Assembly: GCA_032654565.1 (NCBI GenBank)
Contig: JAULAX010000007.1
Location: 128,001-192,000 of the forward strand
Direction: 5' to 3'
DNA: 64,000 nt
DNA from: Anaeromyxobacteraceae bacterium
Lineage (GTDB): Bacteria > Myxococcota > Myxococcia > Myxococcales > Anaeromyxobacteraceae
Under the pieces are notes generated by a model that saw only the letters and a list, made by a program, of their open reading frames with translations, made no database searches and was not told the origin of the DNA. The stretch's first letter is position 1. Each line of letters opens with the position of its first letter. Of this stretch, positions 1 to 8,057 are shown one piece after another. The translations under genes were made by a program, and so were the position numbers.

Positions 1-2
1 GC

Positions 3-503
3 AAGAAGGCCGGCGGGACCAAGAAGGGCGAGAAGAAGGCCGCGCCCGACGTGCAGGTGGTGGCCCGCAACCGGCGCGCCGGCTTCGACTTCGACATCGA
101 GGAGCGGCTCGAGGCCGGGCTGGTGCTGCAGGGCAGCGAGGTGAAGTCGCTGCGCGCCGGCAACGCCAACCTCGCCGACGCCTACGCCCAGCCGCGCGGC
201 GACGAGCTCTTCCTGGTCAACTGCCGCATCGGCGAGTACGACAAGGCCGGCCCCTTCGGCCACGCCCCCATCCGCGACCGCAAGCTGCTGGTGGGGCGCA
301 GCCAGCTCGACAAGCTGGCCGGCAAGGTCGATCGCTCCGGCTACACGCTCATCCCCACCCAGATCTACTTCCGCGGCGGCTGGGCCAAGGTGGAGCTGGC
401 GCTGGCCAAGGGGCGGACCCACGAGGACCGGCGCGGCGCCATCGCCGAGCGCGAGTCGAAGCGGGAGATGGACCGCGCCATGGTGCGCGGGCGCCGGCGG
501 TAG
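3..503 (+). CDS. smpB: SsrA-binding protein SmpB (5'-truncated by the window edge)
   Basis: Motifs NRRAGFDFDIEERLEAGLVLQGSEVKSLR, RDRKLL, YTLIPTQIYF, KVELALAKG and a basic C-tail. The frame is open upstream of GTG51 to position 3 (KKAGGTKKGEKK). Confidence 0.96.
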   Translation, partial: KKAGGTKKGEKKAAPDVQVVARNRRAGFDFDIEERLEAGLVLQGSEVKSLRAGNANLADAYAQPRGDELFLVNCRIGEYDKAGPFGHAPIRDRKLLVGRSQLDKLAGKVDRSGYTLIPTQIYFRGGWAKVELALAKGRTHEDRRGAIAERESKREMDRAMVRGRRR

Positions 504-600
504 GGCGCAGCTCGTCACCCCCGGTCGCAGCAGGCTGGGGGTCATGGGAGGTGTCGAGGCCACCCCTTCCCAGGCCCCGCCCCGGCGCGGCGCCCACCCA

Positions 601-640
601 GGAAGGAAGAAGGCCCCGCCGGCGGCTGCCGGCGAGGCCC
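601..640 (-). terminator. Probable intrinsic terminator of the S8 protease gene
   Basis: Minus-strand hairpin GGCCTCGCCGGC-AGCC-GCCGGCGGGGCC followed by TTCTTCCTTCC, lying between the convergent smpB and protease genes. Confidence 0.6.
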
Positions 641-720
641 TCGGTGTCCCAGGTTCCCGGCCACCCTCGGGGGGAGGCCGAAGGCCCGGGCGGACGGTGC
701 CGCCCGGGACCTCTCCCTCG

Positions 721-3700
721 CTAGGCGCTGACCGGCTTCATCGAGCGGCGGCGCCGCCAGAGCAGCAGGCCGAGGCCGAGCAGCGAGAAGGCGGAGGAGC
801 TGCCGCCGACGCTGCTGCAGCCGCTGGAGCCCTTGGGGCCCTGCGCGCCGGTGGCCCCGGTGGCACCCGTCGCGCCGGTGGCGCCGGTCGCGCCCGTGGC
901 ACCCGGCGCGCCGTCACAGACGAACTCCGTGCTCATCACCTCGCCGGCCTGGAGCACGCCGTCGCGGTTGTTGTCGAGCCCGGTCTCGATCTTCTGGCCA
1001 CCGTGGGCGCAGTTGGTCCCGGCCGCCTCGGTGGTCACCAGGACCAGCGAGTTGAGCCCCGCCATGCCGCTGCAGACGTTGCTGGTGTTCAGCACCTCCG
1101 CCGCATCGAGCACGCCGTTCCGGTTGTCGTCGAACCCGGTGGTGATCTGCTGGCCACCGGCCGCGCAGGTGGCGCCGGGGGCGATGGCCGTCACCGCCAC
1201 CAGCTGCAGGTTGGGCTGGCAGTTGCCGTAGTCGGCGCTGCAGCTGTAGTGGGCCGGGCAGACCGGCCCGCCCGGCACGCGGCAGTCCGGCAGGACGCAG
1301 GTGCGCGTGCCGGTGGTGTCACAGTAGGCGCCGGCGCCGGTGCAGTCGCCGTTGGTGACGCAGCCCACGCAGGCGCCGCTGGCGATGTCGCAGACCGGCT
1401 TGGTGGGATACCCGGCGCAGCTGGCGTCGCTGGTGCAGGTCAGCCCCTCGATGGCCACCGTCTCGACCCGGTTGCCGAAGGCGTTGTGGTGGTGGAAGAG
1501 GAGCAGGCCGTTGCTGTTGCTGGCCCGGGCCACGTCGAGGTTGTAGCCGATGGGGAGCGAGCCGGGGAGGTCGGTCCAGGACGGCGCGTAGCCGGGGCCC
1601 ATCCCCAGGGCCGGATCGATGGTGCTGGAGATGGCCGAGAGCCTCGGGTCATAGCTCAGCACCGGGGACTGGTCGATGGGGAAGCCGAACGGCCCCCAGG
1701 TGACCACCTGGTACTCGATGGCGGAGCTGGCCGCCAGGTCGAGGCCGAGGCTGGCGCTGTAGACCGGCAGGACCATGGTGTCGCTCAGGAAGAGCGGGAT
1801 GGCGAGCCAGCCCGGAGGGGCGCCGTTGATGAAGTCCTCGATGGTGCCGGTCCCGGTGGTGAGGTTGAAGAGCCGGGAGACCGGGACGTCACTGGTGGCC
1901 CCGCCGCCGGCCCGGCCGTTGTCGGTGTTGTAGAGCACGTACTCCCAGCTGGGAGCCCCGACCTTGCGGATGTAGACGTCGAACTCCACCTCGCTCGGCG
2001 AGCCCCACATGCCCCAGGTGTTGACGGCGAAGTAGAGCTCGGTGCCTCCGACTCCCAGCGTGCCGACGTCGGCGTAGTTGCTGGTCACGCCCACGTAGCG
2101 GAGGTTGGCGAAGTCGGTCTCCGCCGCCACGTAGCCGGAGGGGAGCCAGTTGCCGACCGGCGGCGCCTTGGGGCTGGCGTAGGCCAGCTCGAAGGGGGTC
2201 ACCACCGAGACCACGTCACCTTCGGACGCGGCGACGTTGTTCACGCCGGTGCCGACCAGGGTCAGCGAGCCGGTCCCGGAGGGGCGGAGCTTGGTGGCCA
2301 GGGGGCCGGCGGTGCGCATGGTGGAGGCCGGCCGGGGGGCGCCGTAGTACGGGACGCGCAGCACGGTGGCCCCGCCCTGCTGCAGCAGGAGGTAGCCGGC
2401 CGCCTCGGAGAGCCAGTCGCGGCCGCCGTTGTTGGCGGAGATGGCGGGATCGCGGAGCCGGAACATGGCGGCGGGATCGGCGTCGAGCTTGAGCGTGACC
2501 TCGGCGGTGCCGCCGGGCGGGACGGTCACCGAGGTCGCGCCGGCGGTGACCGTGACCCCAGCGGGGGCCCGCACCGCGTCGACGGCGACGTCGAAGGTGG
2601 CGGCGGCCGCGCCGGTGTTCTGGAGCTGGACGGTGTGGGTCTCGCTGGCCACCGCGGTCACGTCGGAGGTGGCGAAGGTGACGCTGACCCGCTCCGGGGA
2701 GGCCTTGTCATAGGCGATGACGGAGCTGGCGAAAGCCCGGACGGCGTCGATGCGGCCGGCGCCGACGCGGGACGGGCCCGCCCGGTACCTGGTGGTGGCC
2801 GTGGTCGGGGCGTTGAAGAGGTCGTGGGCCGCGGTGTTCATGAGCAGCGCCTTCAGCTGGGCCGGGGTCCAGGTCGGGTGCTGCTGCTTCAGGAGCGCCA
2901 CCACGCCGGTGGTGAGCGGGGCGGCCATGGAGGTGCCGCTCATGGTGGTGCCGAGGTAGCCGCTCCCCATGGCGGTGGAGACGACGTTGCTGCCGGGCGC
3001 CGCCACGTCGGGCTTCAGCATGGCCTGGTTGAGGGAGCGGCTCGGGCCGCGCGAGCTGAAGGTGGCCATGGTGTCGATCTTGGTGAGGTCCTGGAAGACC
3101 GTGAAGTCGTCCATGGTGACGTTGACGACCGACGGGACCGCCAGGGCGGCGTTGAAGGCGACGCCGTCGGCCTGGCTGATGGAGCGGGTCGGGATGGTGA
3201 TGGGCGTCGGGGTGGCCACGGCCGCCATGCCGGGCGGGTCACCTGCGGCGTTGTTGGTGATGATGACCGCGATGGCGCCCGCCTGCTGCGCCGCCCAGGT
3301 CTTCAGCGCGAAGCTGCAGGTGCCGCGGGCGACCAGCGCGATCTTGCCCGTCAGGTCGTTGGTGATGCCGCCGGTGGTGGCGTTGAGGCAGCCGTTGGCC
3401 GGGACCGATGCCGCCACGTCGCCGGTGATGGCCGTCCAGCTGGACGGGCCGAAGGCGGCCGTGCCCGCCGCCTTCAACCCCGCCAGCGAGGCCGGAGCGT
3501 TGACGCGGAGGCCGGAAGACTCGCCGACGCTGGTGGCCGCCACGCTGATGACCGAGGGCGTGGAGCCGGGGGCGCCGGTGATGAAGTAGACGTCGTTGGA
3601 GTTGCCGGCCGAGGCCACCACCACCACGCCGGCGTTGACGGCGTTGGTGTAGATGGCCGCCTCGGCGTCGGCGGAGGTGCCGAAGCCGGAGCCGAGCGAG

Positions 3701-4761
3701 AGGTTGACCACGTCGAGGTGGTCGGAGAAGTCGCCGTCGCCGTTCGGATCGGTGGCCCACTCCATGGCCAGCGCCGCCAGCGAGGTGCTGCCGGTGTTGC
3801 CGAAGACCTTGAGGGCGTAGAGCGAGGCCATGGGGGCCGCGCCGGGGCCGATGCGCAGGTTGGTGAGGTCGAAGGAGGCGTCGTACGGTCCGGAGAAGGG
3901 GGCGCCGCCGATCTTCACGCCGTAGCCGGCGATGGTGCCGGCGACGTGCGAGCCGTGGCCGTTGCCGTCGAGGGGGTTGGGGTCGGGCTGCGGCGTGTTG
4001 ATGGCCGGGTTGGCGGAGTTGGCGTCATAGGCCGCGCCGGCGAAGTCCCAGCCGCCCACCACCTTGGTGGTGGGGAAGACGCCCGGGCCGATGGCCACCT
4101 GGTTGACGGCGGCGTAGGCGGCCACGGTGCCGGGGCCGCCGAAGTTGGCGTGGGTGTAGTCGATGCCGGTGTCGATGACGCCGACCTTGACGTTCTCGCC
4201 GTGGAGGGGGACGCCGGCGCTCCAGAGCTGCGGCACGCCCACGAACGGGACGCCGTAGGCGTTGTCCAGCTCCTGGGGCTTGAGCATGTGGACGGCGCGG
4301 GAGCCGGGGACGGCGCGCAGCCGCTCCAGGCCGGCGGCGTCGGTCCGGTAGAGGATGCCGTTGAAGACCCGCTGCAGCCGGTAGAGCTCGGCGGTGGCGG
4401 GGATGGCGGCGGCGGCGACCTGCTGGGCGAAGGTGCCCTGCTCGGACGTCACCGAGGCGAGCTGGCTGACGGCGGCGGCGGTGGCGTCGGCGGTGGTGCC
4501 GAGTCCGGCGCTGGCGCGGGCCAGCCGGGCGCGGTACGGCACCGCGGCGGCAGCCTGGGTCAGCTCGACCAGCGCATAGACCGGCGCGGCCTGGCGGCCG
4601 GCCGCGGTGGCCTGGGGGCGGCTGGAGGCGGCGGCCACGGCGGCGACCGGCGGCCCGGCCACGGCGGCGGCCGGGTCGGAGGGCCGGCTGGCGCAGGCTG
4701 CAGCAACCGCCAGCAGGGAGACCACGAACAAACGGGAAATTCCGTGCCTAGAAGTAGTCAT
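721..4761 (-). CDS. Secreted or surface S8 (subtilisin, Vpr-like) serine protease with PA domain, Cys-rich repeats, collagen-like stalk and MYXO-CTERM-like anchor (1346 aa)
   Basis: Catalytic motifs VIDTGID, HGSHVAG and GTSMAAP. PA domain GKIALVARGTCSF..K...AQQAGA. ATG4761 is preceded by GGAGGAG and followed by a signal peptide ending LAVAAAC. C-terminus GCSSVGGSSSAFSLLGLGLLLWRRRR. Confidence 0.9.
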   Translation of the reverse strand: MTTSRHGISRLFVVSLLAVAAACASRPSDPAAAVAGPPVAAVAAASSRPQATAAGRQAAPVYALVELTQAAAAVPYRARLARASAGLGTTADATAAAVSQLASVTSEQGTFAQQVAAAAIPATAELYRLQRVFNGILYRTDAAGLERLRAVPGSRAVHMLKPQELDNAYGVPFVGVPQLWSAGVPLHGENVKVGVIDTGIDYTHANFGGPGTVAAYAAVNQVAIGPGVFPTTKVVGGWDFAGAAYDANSANPAINTPQPDPNPLDGNGHGSHVAGTIAGYGVKIGGAPFSGPYDASFDLTNLRIGPGAAPMASLYALKVFGNTGSTSLAALAMEWATDPNGDGDFSDHLDVVNLSLGSGFGTSADAEAAIYTNAVNAGVVVVASAGNSNDVYFITGAPGSTPSVISVAATSVGESSGLRVNAPASLAGLKAAGTAAFGPSSWTAITGDVAASVPANGCLNATTGGITNDLTGKIALVARGTCSFALKTWAAQQAGAIAVIITNNAAGDPPGMAAVATPTPITIPTRSISQADGVAFNAALAVPSVVNVTMDDFTVFQDLTKIDTMATFSSRGPSRSLNQAMLKPDVAAPGSNVVSTAMGSGYLGTTMSGTSMAAPLTTGVVALLKQQHPTWTPAQLKALLMNTAAHDLFNAPTTATTRYRAGPSRVGAGRIDAVRAFASSVIAYDKASPERVSVTFATSDVTAVASETHTVQLQNTGAAAATFDVAVDAVRAPAGVTVTAGATSVTVPPGGTAEVTLKLDADPAAMFRLRDPAISANNGGRDWLSEAAGYLLLQQGGATVLRVPYYGAPRPASTMRTAGPLATKLRPSGTGSLTLVGTGVNNVAASEGDVVSVVTPFELAYASPKAPPVGNWLPSGYVAAETDFANLRYVGVTSNYADVGTLGVGGTELYFAVNTWGMWGSPSEVEFDVYIRKVGAPSWEYVLYNTDNGRAGGGATSDVPVSRLFNLTTGTGTIEDFINGAPPGWLAIPLFLSDTMVLPVYSASLGLDLAASSAIEYQVVTWGPFGFPIDQSPVLSYDPRLSAISSTIDPALGMGPGYAPSWTDLPGSLPIGYNLDVARASNSNGLLLFHHHNAFGNRVETVAIEGLTCTSDASCAGYPTKPVCDIASGACVGCVTNGDCTGAGAYCDTTGTRTCVLPDCRVPGGPVCPAHYSCSADYGNCQPNLQLVAVTAIAPGATCAAGGQQITTGFDDNRNGVLDAAEVLNTSNVCSGMAGLNSLVLVTTEAAGTNCAHGGQKIETGLDNNRDGVLQAGEVMSTEFVCDGAPGATGATGATGATGATGATGAQGPKGSSGCSSVGGSSSAFSLLGLGLLLWRRRRSMKPVSA
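832..912 (-). repeat. Collagen-like Gly-X-Y tandem repeat (GAP, 6x GAT, GAQ, GPK)
   Basis: Nine Gly-X-Y triplets as 9-bp degenerate tandem units, read directly. Confidence 0.9.
916..1200 (-). repeat. Two tandem ~45-aa Cys-bounded repeats with DxNxDG-like loops
   Basis: PGATCAAGGQQITTGFDDNRNGVLDAAEVLNTSNVC aligns with AGTNCAHGGQKIETGLDNNRDGVLQAGEVMSTEFVC. Confidence 0.8.
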
Positions 4762-5000
4762 GCACTCCTCCAACAGGAATCGGGGTGGCCCTCGGGGGAG
4801 GGCCTTGAGGGGAGACGAAAATAATGCGTGCGACGGCGGTAGCACGCGCCGCCAGCGGCGACAAACGGTCCCGCTACCACAACCCAAACGGGTATCAACA
4901 CGCACCCGATTTGGGGGGGATCGTGTCACTCGATCAAGGGGGAGGGGCGCTGCGGGCTCCAGCTGCCTGGACAGCGGGCGCCGCGGGCCACCGCGGCCGG

Positions 5001-5333
5001 CTAGAGCGTCCCGACCGCCCGCAGGGTGGCCCAGGTGAAGAGGCCGGTGGAGTGGCCGTCGGACCAGTCGATCTTGACGGCGTAGTTGCCGACCGGCTCG
5101 ATGGCCAGCGGCCGGATGTCGTCCGGGACGGTGGCCGGGTCGAGCAGCTTCTTGCCGGTCATCTCCTCGACGCAGCCGGCGCATGGGCAGGCGCAGCGCA
5201 GCTTCATGGCCGGGATGGTCACCTGCTCGCCGCCCGGCCAGGAGACCTGGATGGCCTGGTCGGCGGTGACGTCGATGGCCTCCGGCGGACTGGAGGTGTG
5301 CTTCTGCAGGGTGATGCGGTCGAGGAGTCCCAT
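5001..5333 (-). CDS. DUF971 / gamma-butyrobetaine hydroxylase N-terminal-like domain protein (110 aa)
   Basis: Motifs LRCACPCAGC and IEPVGNYAVKIDWSDGHSTGLFTW. ATG at 5333. Confidence 0.88.
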   Translation of the reverse strand: MGLLDRITLQKHTSSPPEAIDVTADQAIQVSWPGGEQVTIPAMKLRCACPCAGCVEEMTGKKLLDPATVPDDIRPLAIEPVGNYAVKIDWSDGHSTGLFTWATLRAVGTL

Positions 5334-5368
5334 GGCGACCCACTGAATGGCGCGGCGCGGGGCCCGCG

Positions 5369-6106
5369 TCAAGCCGATCGGGCCAGCTCGGCCAGCAGGC
5401 TGGAGCGATCCTCGAGCGGGAAGGTGCAGGGCGGGCCGTCGGCGGCGTAGAGCTCGGCGTGGCGCAGGTCGGCCGTCAACCGGACGATGGCCGCAGAGCG
5501 GGTGCCGTAGTGCGGCTCGACGTGGAGGCAGGTGGGGGCGGGGTGGGGCGGGGCGTGGAGCGAGAGCAGCTCGCGCAGCCGGGACGGGGCCGGGTCGACA
5601 GGCCAGCGGGTCCGCACCAGCTCGCCGCGGAGGCCGAGCCCGTGCGGGGAGTCCTCGGTGACCACGTGCAGGCCAGGACCGAGCGGCTCCACCCCGGCGG
5701 CCTCGCCGTCGTACCACCAGAGGAAGGCCGAGGCGGCGTCGGCCACCACCAGGTGGAAGGGGTTGAAGGCCGAGGGGTCGAGCGGCGCCAGCGCCTCCCG
5801 CGCCGCCGCGGCGGTGGGGGCCTCGAGCGCCCGCGGCACCAGCTCGCCGCGGGAGCGCCGGGCCGGGTCGGGGTACCAGTCGAAGGGGGCGTGGAAGTTG
5901 GTGAGCGCCGCCAGCACGCCGCGCCCGGAGAGGCCGATCCAGGTGCCGCCGGCCAGGGCGTCGCGGGGGCCGACCCAGCGGACGCCGCCCGGGGTGCGGC
6001 GCGGCGCCCAGCCCTCGGCCGCCCGCCCCAGCCGCTCGTCGCGGTTGGCGGCCACCACCACCGGCCAGCGCCGGTCGACGCCGAGCGCCAGGGCGAGCGT
6101 GCACAC
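5369..6106 (-). CDS. NRDE/TANGO2 family protein
   Basis: N-terminal MC, plus VAANRDE, GPRDALAGGTWIG, ALTN, SRGELV, FNPFHL and YGTRS. Confidence 0.92.
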   Translation of the reverse strand: MCTLALALGVDRRWPVVVAANRDERLGRAAEGWAPRRTPGGVRWVGPRDALAGGTWIGLSGRGVLAALTNFHAPFDWYPDPARRSRGELVPRALEAPTAAAAREALAPLDPSAFNPFHLVVADAASAFLWWYDGEAAGVEPLGPGLHVVTEDSPHGLGLRGELVRTRWPVDPAPSRLRELLSLHAPPHPAPTCLHVEPHYGTRSAAIVRLTADLRHAELYAADGPPCTFPLEDRSSLLAELARSA

Positions 6107-6130
6107 GGCGAGGTGGTCCCTCGCCGCGCC

Positions 6131-7912
6131 CTACTTCACGGCGCGGGCGCGCTTGACCCGGTCCAGCAGCATGTCGCGCTGCAGGCTGATGGGGCGGGGC
6201 AGGGTCTTGCCGAGCTTGTCGAACCACTCCTGCTGGCTCTCCAGCTCGGTCTCCCACTCGCCGAGGTCGACGTCCATGATCTTGCTGACCGCGTCGGCGG
6301 TGAGGTCGAGGCCGTTCAGGTTGATGTCCTCGGCGCGCGGCACGTGGCCCACCAGCGTCTCCTTGGCGGTGACCCGGCCGTGGCTGCGCTCCAGGATCCA
6401 CTTGAGGACCCGCATGTTGTCGCCGTAGCCCGGCCACATGAACTTGCCGGCGGCGTCCTTGCGGAACCAGTTGACCATGAAGACCTTGGGCGGGTTGGGG
6501 ATCCGCCCCTGCATGTCGAGCCAGTGCTGCAGGTAGGTGCCGGCGTCGTAGCCGATGAAGGGCAGCATGGCCATGGGGTCACGGCGCACGCCCTCCTTGA
6601 GGCCGACGGCGGCGGCGGTGGTCTCCGAGCCCATGGTGGCGCCCATGAAGACGCCGTGGGTCCAGTTGAAGGCCTCCAGCACCAGCGGCACGGTGGTGGA
6701 GCGGCGGCCGCCGAAGATGATGGCCGAGATGGGCACGCCGGCCGGGTCGTCAACCTTGGAGGAGAGGGCCGGGTTGTTGGCGGCCGGCGCGGTGAAGCGG
6801 CTGTTGGGGTGGGCCGCCTTGTCCTTGGAGCCCTTCTTCCAGGGGTCGCCCTTCCAGTCGATGAGCTCGTCGGGGGCCTCGGTGTCCCAGCCCTCCCACC
6901 AGATGTCGCCGTCCTTGGTGCGGGCCACGTTGGTGAAGAGCGAGTCCTTGCGGACGCTCTCCATGGCGTTGGGGTTGGTCTTGCGGTTGGTGCCCGGGGC
7001 CACGCCGAAGTAGCCGTTCTCCGGGTTGACGGCCCAGAGCTGCCCGTTCTCGCCGACCCGCATCCAGGCGATGTCGTCGCCCACGGTCCGGATCTTCCAC
7101 CCCTCGAAGGTCTGGGGGGGGATCATCATGGCGAAGTTGGTCTTGCCGCAGGCCGAGGGGAAGGCGGCGGCCACGTAGCTGATCTCGCCCAGCGGGCTCT
7201 CGGCCTCGAGGATGAGCATGTGCTCGGCGAGCCAGCCCTCCTTCTTGGCCAGGTAGCTGCCGATGCGCAGGGCCAGGCACTTCTTGCCGAGCAGGGCGTT
7301 GCCGCCGTAGCCGGAGCCCACCGACCAGATGGCGTTGTCCTGGGGGAAGTGGCAGATCCAGCGCCGGTCGGGGTTGCTGTCGGCGACCGAGTGCAGCCCC
7401 TTGTTGAACTCGCCGCTGGTGCCGAGCCGGTCCAGGGCCACCTTGCCCATGCGGGTCATGATCCCCATGTTGAGGGCGACGTAGACCGAGTCGGTCAGCT
7501 CGATGCCGACCTTGGAGAAGGGCGAGGTGGCGGGCCCCATGATGTAGGGCACCACGTACATGGTGCGCCCCTTCATGCAGCCGTCGTAGATGGCGCTGAG
7601 CTTGGCGTAGGCCTCGGCGGGGGCCATCCAGTTGTTGGTGGGGCCGGCCTCCTCCTTGGTCGGCGTGCAGATCACCGTGAGGTGCTCGACGCGCGCCACG
7701 TCGTTCTGGTTGGAGTGGTGGTAGTAGCAGTCCGGCCACTTCTTCTGGTCGAGCGGGATGAGGATCTTGGCCGCCACCGCCTCGGCGGTGAACCGCTTCT
7801 TCTCGGCGTCGCTGCCGTCGCACCAGACGATGGCGTCCGGCTTGGTGAGCTTGGCGGTCTCCTCCACCCAGCGGAGGAGGGCGGCGTGCTGCGTCGGGGC
7901 GGTCTGTGCCAT
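6131..7912 (-). CDS. pckG: Phosphoenolpyruvate carboxykinase (GTP)
   Basis: Motifs GSGYGGNALLGKKC, FPSACGKTN, VGDDIAW, HPNSRF and RRDPMAMLPF. Confidence 0.97.
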   Translation of the reverse strand: MAQTAPTQHAALLRWVEETAKLTKPDAIVWCDGSDAEKKRFTAEAVAAKILIPLDQKKWPDCYYHHSNQNDVARVEHLTVICTPTKEEAGPTNNWMAPAEAYAKLSAIYDGCMKGRTMYVVPYIMGPATSPFSKVGIELTDSVYVALNMGIMTRMGKVALDRLGTSGEFNKGLHSVADSNPDRRWICHFPQDNAIWSVGSGYGGNALLGKKCLALRIGSYLAKKEGWLAEHMLILEAESPLGEISYVAAAFPSACGKTNFAMMIPPQTFEGWKIRTVGDDIAWMRVGENGQLWAVNPENGYFGVAPGTNRKTNPNAMESVRKDSLFTNVARTKDGDIWWEGWDTEAPDELIDWKGDPWKKGSKDKAAHPNSRFTAPAANNPALSSKVDDPAGVPISAIIFGGRRSTTVPLVLEAFNWTHGVFMGATMGSETTAAAVGLKEGVRRDPMAMLPFIGYDAGTYLQHWLDMQGRIPNPPKVFMVNWFRKDAAGKFMWPGYGDNMRVLKWILERSHGRVTAKETLVGHVPRAEDINLNGLDLTADAVSKIMDVDLGEWETELESQQEWFDKLGKTLPRPISLQRDMLLDRVKRARAVK

Positions 7913-8057
7913 CGGGGGGATCCTCGTCGGTCGTCGGAGGGGGCAGCGGGGCCCGCAGGCACGGCGCCACGCGGGAGCCGGAGGCTATCGCACACCCGGG
8001 TCGGCTTCCAGCGGGAATGGGGATGCCGCGCCGCGGCGCGGTCCCCCGGTCCGGCCC

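Noticed and set aside
504..720. Possible tmRNA or integration site next to smpB
   Set aside because: The gap is only 217 bp, has no tRNA-like ends or tag reading frame that I can recognise, and no integrase is nearby. It contains only GC-rich hairpins.
544..4824. Very long antisense or alternate-frame ORFs (544-4824, 21880-26880, 8058-13025 extension, 37519-41961, 51680-55387, 55841-59611 and others)
   Set aside because: These are shadows of real genes caused by stop-codon scarcity at very high GC. They have no recognisable motifs, while the overlapping frames carry clear family signatures.
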